Shown piece by piece: positions 9,032 to 17,665 of a stretch of DNA of 64,000 nt. Location of the stretch: contig JAFUPM010000026.1 in assembly GCA_017481225.1 (NCBI GenBank), positions 8,418-72,417 of the forward strand. Direction: 5' to 3'. The translations under genes and the position numbers were made by a program. This DNA comes from Clostridia bacterium. Its GTDB lineage: Bacteria > Bacillota > Clostridia > Oscillospirales > CAG-272. The notes beneath the pieces are model-generated. The model ran no database searches, had not been told where the DNA came from, and saw only the letters and a list, made by a program, of their open reading frames with translations. Position 1 is the stretch's first letter. Each line of letters opens with the position of its first letter.

Positions 9032-10576
9032 ATGTTATCTAAGGTTTATTCTGCAGGTGTCATTGGAATAGAGGGCTTCGAGGTTGCCGTGGAATGCAGC
9101 GGCTGGGACAGAATTCCCAAGTTCGAGCTGGTGGGACTTCCCGACGCGGCGGTCAAGGAAGCGAAAAACCGCGTGCGGTCAGCCTGCGAGAACAGCGGTT
9201 ATCTTTTTCCAAGTCTTGATATTATGATAAACCTCGCTCCTGCGGATATCAAAAAGGAGGGCTCGGGCTATGACCTTGCTATCCTTTGCGCGATTTTGCA
9301 GTGTGACAGGATAATTCCCTCGGATTACGATTTTTCAAATAAGTGCTTTGTGGGCGAGCTTTCCTTATCGGGCGAGGTGCGCTCGGTGGGTGGCGTTTTA
9401 TCTATGGCTCTTGCCGCAAGAGCTGCAGGCAGGACGGAGATTTTCGTTCCCGCGGCGTGCGCAGGCGAGGCTTCCGTGGTAGAGGGAATTTCGGTTTTCG
9501 GTGTGGATAATCTCCGACAGCTGATAAACCACATAAAGGGCGTGGAGCTTATCCGACCTATGCGCTTTGATGCTTCGATGTTCGACCTTTCCTCCCGTCC
9601 CGAGGGGCTGGATTTTGCCGACGTAAGAGGTCAGCTGAAGGCGAAGCGCGCCCTTGAAATTGCGGCAGCAGGCGGTCATAACGTTCTTATGATAGGCCCT
9701 CCCGGCGCAGGTAAATCTATGATGGCGAAGCGACTTCCCACAATTCTCCCCGATATGAGCTTCGAGGAGGCTGTGGAGACTACCAAGATACACTCCGTAA
9801 CGGGAACCCTGAAATCAAACCTTGTAACCGAAAGGCCCTTCCGTTCGCCTCATCACACCGTGACAATGCCGGGTCTTGTGGGCGGCGGAACAGTACCGAA
9901 GCCCGGCGAGATATCTCTTGCCAACAACGGCGTTTTGTTCCTTGACGAGCTGCCCGAGTTTTCCAAAGCCGTAACCGAGTCGCTCCGTCAGCCCTTGGAG
10001 GACGGCGTGGTAACCGTGACACGTGCGGCGGCTAAGGTGACTTATCCCGCTTCGTTTATGCTGGTGTGCGCTATGAACCCCTGCCGCTGCGGCTACTTTG
10101 GCGATGTCAGCAGAACCTGCAAATGCACAGCCTCCTCAAGGGCAAGCTACATTCAGCGCATAAGCGGTCCCTTGCTTGACAGAATTGATATTGAAATAGA
10201 GCTTCCCTCGGTTACCTATAACGAGATTTCGGGCAAGTCGGCTCCCGGTGAGCCCTCCTCCGAGATACGCAAGAGAGTCAACGCAGGAAGGAAATTCACC
10301 GACGAGCGACTTACTAAGGGCGGCGACAAGCCGGGAACCCTTAACGCAAATATGACCCCGAAGATGATGCATAAGTACTGCACCCTTGACAAAGAGGGCG
10401 CGCAGCTTATGAAGGAGGCGTTCGAGTCTCTCGGGCTTTCCGCAAGAGGACACGACAGAGTGTTGAAGGTGGCGAGGACTATCGCCGACCTTGACGGGGA
10501 GGAGAGGATTTCGGCGGACCATATTGCGGAGGCGATAATGTATAGGACGTTAGATCGCAAATACTGGAAAAAGTGA
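9032..10576 (+). CDS. comM: YifB/ComM family Mg-chelatase-like AAA+ ATPase
   Basis: This 514-aa protein has a Lon-like N-domain, Walker A GPPGAGKS, Walker B LFLDELPEF and a C-terminal ChlI-like domain. Confidence 0.9.
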   Translation: MLSKVYSAGVIGIEGFEVAVECSGWDRIPKFELVGLPDAAVKEAKNRVRSACENSGYLFPSLDIMINLAPADIKKEGSGYDLAILCAILQCDRIIPSDYDFSNKCFVGELSLSGEVRSVGGVLSMALAARAAGRTEIFVPAACAGEASVVEGISVFGVDNLRQLINHIKGVELIRPMRFDASMFDLSSRPEGLDFADVRGQLKAKRALEIAAAGGHNVLMIGPPGAGKSMMAKRLPTILPDMSFEEAVETTKIHSVTGTLKSNLVTERPFRSPHHTVTMPGLVGGGTVPKPGEISLANNGVLFLDELPEFSKAVTESLRQPLEDGVVTVTRAAAKVTYPASFMLVCAMNPCRCGYFGDVSRTCKCTASSRASYIQRISGPLLDRIDIEIELPSVTYNEISGKSAPGEPSSEIRKRVNAGRKFTDERLTKGGDKPGTLNANMTPKMMHKYCTLDKEGAQLMKEAFESLGLSARGHDRVLKVARTIADLDGEERISADHIAEAIMYRTLDRKYWKK

Positions 10577-10662
10577 TTTTTTGTGAATCGCGGCAGAGTT
10601 TTTCGACTTGCGGTACCCTCGTACCGCTGGCGCCGGAAAAATCTTTGCGCTTCATCAAAAAA
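10577..10662. repeat. Family-A 86-nt palindromic intergenic repeat, copy 1
   Basis: The copy starts directly after the comM stop codon. It has a T6...A6 frame and an inner perfect hairpin gcggtac-cctc-gtaccgc (10610-10627). It differs from copy 2 (30540-30625) at one base. Confidence 0.85.
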
Positions 10663-10895
10663 TCAAGTGGACAGAGTTAAAAGAGTTTGATGGTGTCTTT
10701 AAATGAAAGAAAAAAGCAAATGTGTGCAGGCTGGCTTATGAATAACTTCGTGCTTCATCAAAAAACACATTTTGTATAATAAACTACTTTCGTTATTTGC
10801 AATTGACCGAATAAATAAGACCCGAAAGGTTTTGTAAAGCGATAGACAATACATACGGGCGAAAGCGGCTTTTATGGCTGTGAGAAGGATAATAA

Positions 10896-13031
10896 ATGAA
10901 AAGAAAAAATGCTTTGCCGGAGCTGCTTGCGCCGGCGGGGAGCTTTGAGTGCCTGGAGGCGGCGATAGCCGCAGGGGCAGATGCCGTTTATATTGGCGGC
11001 AAGAGGTTTGGCGCAAGGGCGTATGCCGAAAATTTTGACACGGGTGCCATCTCGCGCGCTGTGACGCTGTGCCATCTTCACGGAGTGAAGCTGTACGTGA
11101 CGGTCAACACTCTCGTTTATGACAGGGAGATGGAGGACGTTGTGGAGTACGCCCGTGAGCTGTATTTGTTAGGCGTTGACGCTCTTATCGTGGCGGACCT
11201 TGGCGCGGTCAGGGAGATTCGTCGGGCTGTGCCCGACCTTGAGCTGCACGCATCGACTCAGATGTCCGTGCATAACTCCCTCGGGGCTGAGGAGGCGTCA
11301 AGGCTCGGTTGCTCCAGGGTGGTGCTTGCCCGTGAGCTTTCCTACGAAAATATATGTGAAATAACCGAAAAGGTCACACCCGAGATTGAGGTATTCCTCC
11401 ACGGTGCGCTGTGCGTTTGCCACTCGGGGCAGTGCCTCTTTTCCTCTATGGTTGGCGGCAGAAGCGGCAACCGCGGCGAGTGCGCTCAGCCCTGCAGACT
11501 GCCGTTTTCCTCTACACGGGGTAGGGGATATCCCTTATCCTTGAAGGATTTATGCCTTGCGGAGCATATCCCCGAGCTTATTCTCTCGGGCGTCTCGTCC
11601 TTGAAAATCGAGGGGCGAATGAAGTCCGCAGGCTACGTGTATACGGTCACCTCGGTGTATAGGCGGCTGCTTGACGAAAACCGCCGTCCCAATGAGCGTG
11701 AGCGCGAGCTTTTGCGCCGCGCATTTTCCCGAAGCGGCTTTACCGACGGATATTACAGAGCGAAGCTTTCGGCTATGACGGGTATTCGCTCCGAGGAGGA
11801 TAAAAGAGAGGGCTTGGAGATAAACTCGGCAGACCTTGCCGTGCCGCGGCACAGAGTTTTCGCAAGGGTGGAAATCCTCCGCGGTAAGGCTGCGAGTATG
11901 ACGCTTTATGACGGCACGCGAAGTGTCACAGCTTTCGGTGACGTGCCTGCTGAGGCGGAAAGCTCTCCTCTCACCGACTTTGGTGTCAAGGAGAGGCTCT
12001 CTAAAATGGGCAACACCTTCCTCGCGCTTCGCGCCGAGGATATTGAGCTTAGTCTTGACGGGGGCTTGAACCTGCCGCCTTCGTCAATTAACGCCCTTCG
12101 CAGGCTTGCGGCAGAGAGGTTCGAGGACTTCGGGCGGCGAGTAGCATTTCCCGAGTATTCCTATGAGGTGACGAGAGCTTCGAAGGAAAGGCTTGAGAAC
12201 TTCGGGCGGTGTGCAGAATTGCCCGAATATACCTACGGGACGAGGGGAGCTTCGGCGAACGGAAACAAGCTTGTGAGCGCGGAGTTCCTCTCGGAGGAAA
12301 CCTTCCTTGGGGCTGTGAGGAGCTGCGGCTCCGAGCTTGATAAGATAGACTTTAAATTCGTGCCGCTGTTTTCTTCGGACGACACTGTCACCGCGGCAGG
12401 AGGTGTCAGCCTGCCTCCCGTTATAATGGAGGACGAGCTTGCCGAGGTGAGGGGGAGGCTTTGCGAGGTTGCAAGGCTTGGTATTAAAAACGCTATGATA
12501 AGCAACTTAGGTCATATATCTCTTGTCAAGGAGGCGGGGCTTGCTTCCTTCGGCGGCTTCCGACTAAACGTTACAAACCGCGCGTCCGATGCTTTCTGGT
12601 CGGGACTTGGTGTCACGGGTACGGTTCTGTCACCCGAGCTGACCTTGCCTATGGCGAGGGATATCGGCGGCGGCGTTATTACCTACGGAAGAATTCCCTT
12701 GATGCTTACGGAGAGGTGCTTTATCAAGGAGAACTTCGGCTGTAACGAGTGCGGCAAGGCGAGTCTTATTGACAGGCGCGGAGAGAGGTTCCCGCTTCTG
12801 AGGGAATATAAGCACAGAAACCTTATTCTTAACTCCGCGGTAACCTATATGGGAGACAAGGGCGAGGAGCTTTCGAGGTGCGGTATAAGGCACACCCATC
12901 TTATATTCACAACAGAGCGCGGCGAGGATATTCTCGATGCCCTTCGGGCAAGCAGAGAGCAAAGACCTCTTTCTCGGGTTGACTCCGTGAGGCGTGTCGG
13001 AAGGAGAAAGGTTGGTAAGAAAAAGCGGTAG
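10896..13031 (+). CDS. U32 family peptidase (collagenase-like / RlhA-TrhP family)
   Basis: This 711-aa protein has the N-terminus LPELLAPAGSFECLEAAIAAGADAVYIGG..FGARAYA and the Cys-rich E..ALCVCHSGQCLFSS..GRSGNRGECAQPCR signature of U32. Confidence 0.85.
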   Translation: MKRKNALPELLAPAGSFECLEAAIAAGADAVYIGGKRFGARAYAENFDTGAISRAVTLCHLHGVKLYVTVNTLVYDREMEDVVEYARELYLLGVDALIVADLGAVREIRRAVPDLELHASTQMSVHNSLGAEEASRLGCSRVVLARELSYENICEITEKVTPEIEVFLHGALCVCHSGQCLFSSMVGGRSGNRGECAQPCRLPFSSTRGRGYPLSLKDLCLAEHIPELILSGVSSLKIEGRMKSAGYVYTVTSVYRRLLDENRRPNERERELLRRAFSRSGFTDGYYRAKLSAMTGIRSEEDKREGLEINSADLAVPRHRVFARVEILRGKAASMTLYDGTRSVTAFGDVPAEAESSPLTDFGVKERLSKMGNTFLALRAEDIELSLDGGLNLPPSSINALRRLAAERFEDFGRRVAFPEYSYEVTRASKERLENFGRCAELPEYTYGTRGASANGNKLVSAEFLSEETFLGAVRSCGSELDKIDFKFVPLFSSDDTVTAAGGVSLPPVIMEDELAEVRGRLCEVARLGIKNAMISNLGHISLVKEAGLASFGGFRLNVTNRASDAFWSGLGVTGTVLSPELTLPMARDIGGGVITYGRIPLMLTERCFIKENFGCNECGKASLIDRRGERFPLLREYKHRNLILNSAVTYMGDKGEELSRCGIRHTHLIFTTERGEDILDALRASREQRPLSRVDSVRRVGRRKVGKKKR

Positions 13032-13036
13032 CTTTT

Positions 13037-13246
13037 AGCGCAGTGCCCTTAAGGACACTGCGCAACGAAATAAATCCCTTATGGGATTTGTGAAATGCAC
13101 TTCGTGCGTGAAATTCACTTTCAGCGAGTGAAATGCCTGCGGGCGTGAGGGGATTTATTTCATTTCACATCGAGCGGAGCGAGATATTTCACAATGTTCG
13201 ACAGAACATTATTTCACATTTTGCAAAGCAAAATATTTCACTATCT
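13037..13246. repeat. Family-B 210-nt structured repeat, copy 1
   Basis: The copy is built from GTGAAAT (x3) and ATTTCAC (x4) heptamers interleaved with short perfect hairpins. See the findings for detail. Confidence 0.85.
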
Positions 13247-13378
13247 GCATTTGTGACCACAAATGCAGTGCTTGCAAAGAAAAGAGGACGAGGAGTTTTT
13301 GTAACTCTTCGTCCTCTTCCTGTCGGTAGGTAATGTATTCTATTGTATCTCAAAAGTGTCCTTAAGAGTACAGCTCCT

Positions 13379-13588
13379 AGCGCAGTTCCCTTAAGGACAC
13401 TGCGCAACGAAATAAATCCCTTATGGGATTTGTGAAATGCACTTCGTGCGTGAAATTCGCTTTCAGCGAGTGAAATGCCTGCGGGCGTGAGGGGATTTAT
13501 TTCATTTCACATCGAGCGGAGCGAGATATTTCACAATGATCGACAGAACATTATTTCACATTTTGCAAAGCAAAATATTTCACTATCT
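13379..13588. repeat. Family-B 210-nt structured repeat, copy 2
   Basis: This is a direct repeat of 13037-13246 at an offset of 342 nt. I see three substitutions. Confidence 0.85.
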
Positions 13589-13629
13589 TTTGACTTATTC
13601 AATTTTAATTTATAGTGCAAAAACAAAGT

Positions 13630-13675
13630 AAAACGGCAGATTTGTAAGCTTTAATTTACAAATCTGCCGTTTTTG
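13630..13675. terminator. Strong bidirectional intrinsic terminator
   Basis: A 15-bp perfect stem joins acggcagatttgtaa (13633-13647) and ttacaaatctgccgt (13656-13670). It is followed by a T-run and preceded by an A-run. Confidence 0.75.
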
Positions 13676-13800
13676 GCGAGAAAAATGCTTTGGTATAGAT
13701 TGTTAACTCTGATATTTTTCGTTTTAGTTTTTGAAAGGCTGTGGATTAAATACTGCTTGCAAACGGGATTTGACTTGGGTTGCAATTAAGGGCTCCCTGG

Positions 13801-15099
13801 TTACTTCACTGCGACAAGGGCGCTTTCGGGTACGGTAACCTCGACGGTGAGACTTATATCTCCTCTTGTGATAGCGAGGGAAACTGTGCTGCCGACTCTT
13901 GCCTCGTACATTGCGTCTATTACGTGGTAGGTTCTCGTGACCTTCGTGGTTTTGCCGTCAACGGTGATGCTGCTTATGACGTCTCCTACACCGACCTTGC
14001 CTTCAAGGATTGAGCCTGAGGAGATGCCCGAGACCTCAACTCGCTCAACCTTGGTTATTACACCCGTTTCGGGGTCAACTTCCAGCCCCATAACGCCTGC
14101 CTTGAGGTTTATGCCGAGGAGGCAACGGTAGAGGGTTATATCGGTTCCGTTGCAGTAGTGGATAATGGAGTCGGCAACCACTCTTACTGCGTTTATGGGC
14201 AAGGCGTAGCCGAAGTTGTCGATATCCTCCTCGTAGGACTCGTTAATTCTCTTGGCGTTGACTATTCCCACAAGGTTGCCCTTGCTGTCGAAAAGACCGC
14301 CGCCCGAGTTGCCCTGGTTTATGGCTGCGGATATTCTCGTTACCCGAAGGTCGATAGCGCTCGCGCCGTCGGCTCCAATCATACTGAGAGACTCGCTGTC
14401 AACGCTGACGATACCCGTGGTTGCGGATATTCCGAGTCCGTCGGGGTTGCCTATGACTATTACCTCGTCCAGGGCGCGAAGGCTGTCGGAGTCGCCCAGT
14501 GTGGCGGCAACGGCATAGCTGTTCTTCAGCACCTCGGAGTCCTCAACGCGGAGAACCGCCAAATCCTGGGTCAGTGCGCCGCCGACAAAGGTGGCGTCAA
14601 TTTTGTATTTTTCGTTTTCCTGGCCGTAGAGGTAGAGGTCGATGTCCCCGCTTATTTTGTTGGGGGTTGCCGTATTGTTGTAGACAACGTGGTAGTTCGT
14701 TACGATAAAGGCGTCTCCCGCCTCTCTGTCAAGGCTGTAAATGACACCCGAGCCCTCGGATTTAAAGGGGGTGGTTGAGTAGTTGGTTTTTTTCTCAAAG
14801 TTTGAGACAATTCTCACAACAGAGAGCAGCGCCCTCGTGGGCTGAGTAATGGCGGAGGAGTCGACGTCCTCGTCATCCTTCGGGAGAAATTCGGGAACGT
14901 TACCGCTACCGTTTGTGTCGTCGGTACCCTCGGAGGAGCCGCCTGCGCTGTCCTTGTCGCCATCATCTTCGACCTCTTCTCCTGCATCCGTGTCAAAGTC
15001 TTTGCCGAAAAGGTAAAGGCAGGAGGTCAGCTGACTTACCGTCAATATTAAAGCGAGTATAAGAGGGAGTAATCTCCCGAGTGTTGATTTTCTCATCAT
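13801..15099 (-). CDS. HtrA/DegP-family trypsin-like serine protease with a PDZ domain (membrane or lipid anchored)
   Basis: This 432-aa protein has an N-terminal signal/anchor with LTSC. A His region (VTNYHVV), the Ser motif GNSGGGLF and a C-terminal PDZ-like segment are present. Confidence 0.85.
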   Translation of the reverse strand: MMRKSTLGRLLPLILALILTVSQLTSCLYLFGKDFDTDAGEEVEDDGDKDSAGGSSEGTDDTNGSGNVPEFLPKDDEDVDSSAITQPTRALLSVVRIVSNFEKKTNYSTTPFKSEGSGVIYSLDREAGDAFIVTNYHVVYNNTATPNKISGDIDLYLYGQENEKYKIDATFVGGALTQDLAVLRVEDSEVLKNSYAVAATLGDSDSLRALDEVIVIGNPDGLGISATTGIVSVDSESLSMIGADGASAIDLRVTRISAAINQGNSGGGLFDSKGNLVGIVNAKRINESYEEDIDNFGYALPINAVRVVADSIIHYCNGTDITLYRCLLGINLKAGVMGLEVDPETGVITKVERVEVSGISSGSILEGKVGVGDVISSITVDGKTTKVTRTYHVIDAMYEARVGSTVSLAITRGDISLTVEVTVPESALVAVK

Positions 15100-15350
15100 T
15101 TTTCCTTTCTGTCGGGGCGGCTATGCTGTAAAAGGGCGCACCGCGAAAACGGGCGTATTTACTTTTTTGATGCCTTAAGATAATATATCTTATTTCATAG
15201 TATACATCAACTTTATTAATTAGCTGTTAATAAATGGGGAAATTTATAAAATTTTGTTTATTTTTTAAAAGGTGCGGATAATAAGCCTTGGAGATTTTAT
15301 GGGCGTATCGTAATTTTGGCGCCATATTTCGTAATTTATGCGAAATATGC

Positions 15351-15379
15351 TTGACAGGTCGGGCGGCAAATGATAAAAT
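15351..15379 (+). promoter_or_regulatory. Sigma-A type promoter (TTGACA-17-TAAAAT) for the SDR gene
   Basis: TTGACA lies at 15351-15356 and TAAAAT at 15374-15379. A 9-bp inverted repeat, catatttcg-N9-cgaaatatg (15323-15349), abuts the -35 box. Confidence 0.5.
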
Positions 15380-15428
15380 ATTTATGTCGCGGAGTTGTTT
15401 TCCCGACGGAAATTTGTGAGGTAATAAT

Positions 15429-16220
15429 ATGTCTTTAGCAATAATTACGGGCGCGTCAAGCGGTATTGGCGCGGAATTTGCCAGAGCTCTTTGCCGCGAG
15501 GGAGTAGATGAATTCTGGTTTGTGGCAAGGCGCAGGGAAAGAATGGAGAAGCTCGGTGAGGAGCTTGGTGTAAAGTATAAGGTTATCGTAGCCGACCTTT
15601 CGGACAGCGCGGGAATAGCTAATCTGCGCGCGACGCTTGAGTGCGAGGCGCCCAAGGTTGACTACCTTATCAACTGCGCAGGATTTGGCAGCTTCGGCTC
15701 CTTTGACCAGCTTGCCGAGGGGGAGGTTGCGCGTATGATTGACGTTAACGTAAAGTCTACGGTGCTGATTACTCATATGACGGTACCCTATATGAAGCGC
15801 GGCTCGAGGATTGTTACTATGGGCAGCGGCTCCTGCTTTACTCCCTTGCCTTATTTCAATATTTATTCCTCGGGTAAGGTGTTCGTTCTGCACTACACGA
15901 AGTCCTTAAATTACGAGCTTAAAAGGTACGGAATAAGGGCTACCTGTTTTTGCCCCGGTTGGGTAGAAACGGAGTTCCTCGGAAAGGCAACAGCCCACGA
16001 AAACGTGACACGTCCCCGCCCGTCCGCTATGAAACCCCTTCTGAATTGCGAGAAGGTTGTGCGCGGCTGTATGAGGGCTGTAAGGCGTGGGCGCACGATG
16101 TACGTTACGGGCTGGTATACGAAGCTTCAGCATCTGCTCTTCAAGCTTTTGCCCGACCCTATACTGACACGGCTTTGGCTTTTAATGTTGGAGAATAAAG
16201 ATGAAGAGAAAAAGCTTTAA
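15429..16220 (+). CDS. SDR family oxidoreductase
   Basis: TGASSGIG (cofactor binding), NCAG and a YSSGK catalytic Tyr-x3-Lys motif are present in this 263-aa protein. Confidence 0.85.
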   Translation: MSLAIITGASSGIGAEFARALCREGVDEFWFVARRRERMEKLGEELGVKYKVIVADLSDSAGIANLRATLECEAPKVDYLINCAGFGSFGSFDQLAEGEVARMIDVNVKSTVLITHMTVPYMKRGSRIVTMGSGSCFTPLPYFNIYSSGKVFVLHYTKSLNYELKRYGIRATCFCPGWVETEFLGKATAHENVTRPRPSAMKPLLNCEKVVRGCMRAVRRGRTMYVTGWYTKLQHLLFKLLPDPILTRLWLLMLENKDEEKKL

Positions 16221-17067
16221 TCCCGGAACGCTTCTGGCGCCCGTTCCGCCTGCTATGGTGACCGTGGGAACCCTTGAGGAGCCCAACGTGCTTACCGTTG
16301 CCTGGACGGGTATTCTGGCAACTCACCCGGCGAAGGCATACGTTTCAATCCGTCCCTCGAGGCACTCCTACGGAATACTGAAGGAGGGTGGGGAGTTCGT
16401 TATTAATCTCCCCTCGGCAAGCCTTGCCCGAGTTGTGGATTACGTGGGAATTTACACCGGTGCTAAGGTAGATAAATTCAAGGTGTGCGGCATCACCGCC
16501 GTAAAAAGCGAGAAGGTGGCACCGCCCACAGTAGGCGAATGTCCCGTGGCTCTCGAGTGCGTTGTAACCGATGTTATGCCTATGGGTACTCACGACGTAT
16601 TCATAGCTGATATAGTCAGCGTTTCCTGCCGTGAGGAGCTTCTTGACGAGGAAGGCAAGCTCCACTTTGAGCGAGGCGACCTGCTCGCCTACGTACACGG
16701 CGAATACTACACTCTCGGTGAGAGGGTAGGCAGGTTTGGTTTTTCTACCGATAAGCCAAAAGGCAGAACTGGAAAAGAGGTCGGTGGCGCGAGAGCTTTT
16801 GCAAAATCCTCGGAGGCTGTGAGGGAGAGTAAGGGCGCAGGCTCTGCTTCTGCGAAGGGCGAGCCCGAAGGTGCAGCAGAAAAGAAGAAAGCATCTGCGA
16901 AGGGTGAGCCTGAAAATATGGTAGAAAAGAAGAAAGCTTCTGCGAAGGGTGAAGCTAAAGGCGAAGAAAAAAGCGGCCGTCCCTTCTATCTTGACGCGCC
17001 GAGAAAAAGCACTAAAGCAAAGCCCAAAAAAGACAAGGATAAGGGCAAGCGAAAAGGTAAGAATTAA
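16201..17067 (+). CDS. Flavin reductase-like (FMN-binding split-barrel) protein with a Lys/Ala/Glu-rich repetitive C-terminal tail
   Basis: The first ~180 aa match the flavin reductase domain pattern (VTVG..NVLTVAWTG..PSRHSYGILKEGGEFVINL). The last ~105 aa are low complexity. The gene overlaps the SDR gene by 20 nt. Confidence 0.75.
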   Translation: MKRKSFNPGTLLAPVPPAMVTVGTLEEPNVLTVAWTGILATHPAKAYVSIRPSRHSYGILKEGGEFVINLPSASLARVVDYVGIYTGAKVDKFKVCGITAVKSEKVAPPTVGECPVALECVVTDVMPMGTHDVFIADIVSVSCREELLDEEGKLHFERGDLLAYVHGEYYTLGERVGRFGFSTDKPKGRTGKEVGGARAFAKSSEAVRESKGAGSASAKGEPEGAAEKKKASAKGEPENMVEKKKASAKGEAKGEEKSGRPFYLDAPRKSTKAKPKKDKDKGKRKGKN

Positions 17068-17236
17068 GACGTAAGTCGGCTGACGTGTCCTGATTTTTGC
17101 GGTATGGGTTGACTTGAAAGAAGTTTGGGGTTTATCTTTGGGCTTCTTTTTGCAGTACTGCAAATAAGAAAAAAGTGAGAATTTGCCTTGTGCTGTCTTA
17201 GAGAAACGGGCAATTTAGAAATAAACGGAGAAAAAT

Positions 17237-17644
17237 ATGAGTAGTGATAACACAGAAAAGATAAGAGCGAGGGTTCTCTCCTTAATTGAGTCGGAGTTTG
17301 ACAGCGACGCCTCCTTTGAGCGCGCCCTTTCCCTTGCGGAAAAGACGGTAAATAATTGGAGGCGCGGACGTTCCTCCTCCTTTATGAAGATGCTTCCGCT
17401 GCTTTCCGAGAGATTTGGGGTTAACGTGTCGGAGCTTTTGGATATGCCCCTTCGCAGGGATACCTCGGAGCTTTCCGAGGAGGAGCTTCACCTTCTGCAC
17501 CTATATAGAAGGTCCAGGGTGCTGCCTCGGGAAATGAGGTCTGCGCTAAGAGAAACACTGGAGACAACTATCAATTTATACATATCCACGGCGAGCGCAC
17601 TTAAAGAGTCGTCTGCTAGCAAAAAGATGGGAAAAAGTAAATAA
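17237..17644 (+). CDS. XRE-like helix-turn-helix protein
   Basis: This 135-aa protein has a pattern resembling a Cro/C1 HTH (FERALSLAEKTVNNWRRGRSSS..LLPLLSERFGVNVSELL). A GGAGAA RBS lies upstream. Confidence 0.6.
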   Translation: MSSDNTEKIRARVLSLIESEFDSDASFERALSLAEKTVNNWRRGRSSSFMKMLPLLSERFGVNVSELLDMPLRRDTSELSEEELHLLHLYRRSRVLPREMRSALRETLETTINLYISTASALKESSASKKMGKSK

Positions 17645-17665
17645 CACTTTACATATTACCGTTTT

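Noticed and set aside
10577-10662. An integron attC-site interpretation of the family-A palindrome, because it is an imperfect palindrome directly after stop codons.
   Set aside because: There are no RYYYAAC / GTTRRRY core sites. The flanking genes are core housekeeping genes, not cassettes. No integrase is present.
10699-11081. Minus-strand ORFs crossing family-A repeats (also 30733-31173 and 33359-33577). Each half-repeat also contains ATGAAGC.., which could start a micro-peptide.
   Set aside because: No Shine-Dalgarno sequence precedes any of the ATGs. The predicted peptides differ in length and sequence between copies. Conservation is at the DNA level, not the amino-acid level.
13133-13407. 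ORFs of 66 aa and 72 aa inside and between the family-B repeats. A paralogous ORF starts in copy 2.
   Set aside because: The reading frames are created by the ATTTCAC/GTGAAAT periodicity, which gives the peptide pattern IFH/ISH. They have no RBS, and the two copies terminate differently.
13037-13588. A CRISPR array was considered as an interpretation of the heptamer/hairpin periodicity. The family-A tandem modules were considered in the same way.
   Set aside because: The repeats are 7 nt (family B) or ~90-150 nt composite units (family A), not 24-48-nt repeats with unique spacers. The 'spacers' are themselves palindromes repeated in both copies. No cas genes are in the window.
13037-13588. 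A diversity-generating retroelement (template/variable repeat) interpretation of the two family-B copies.
   Set aside because: The three differences are G->T, A->G and T->A, so they are not adenine-specific. No reverse transcriptase gene is nearby, and the copies are non-coding.
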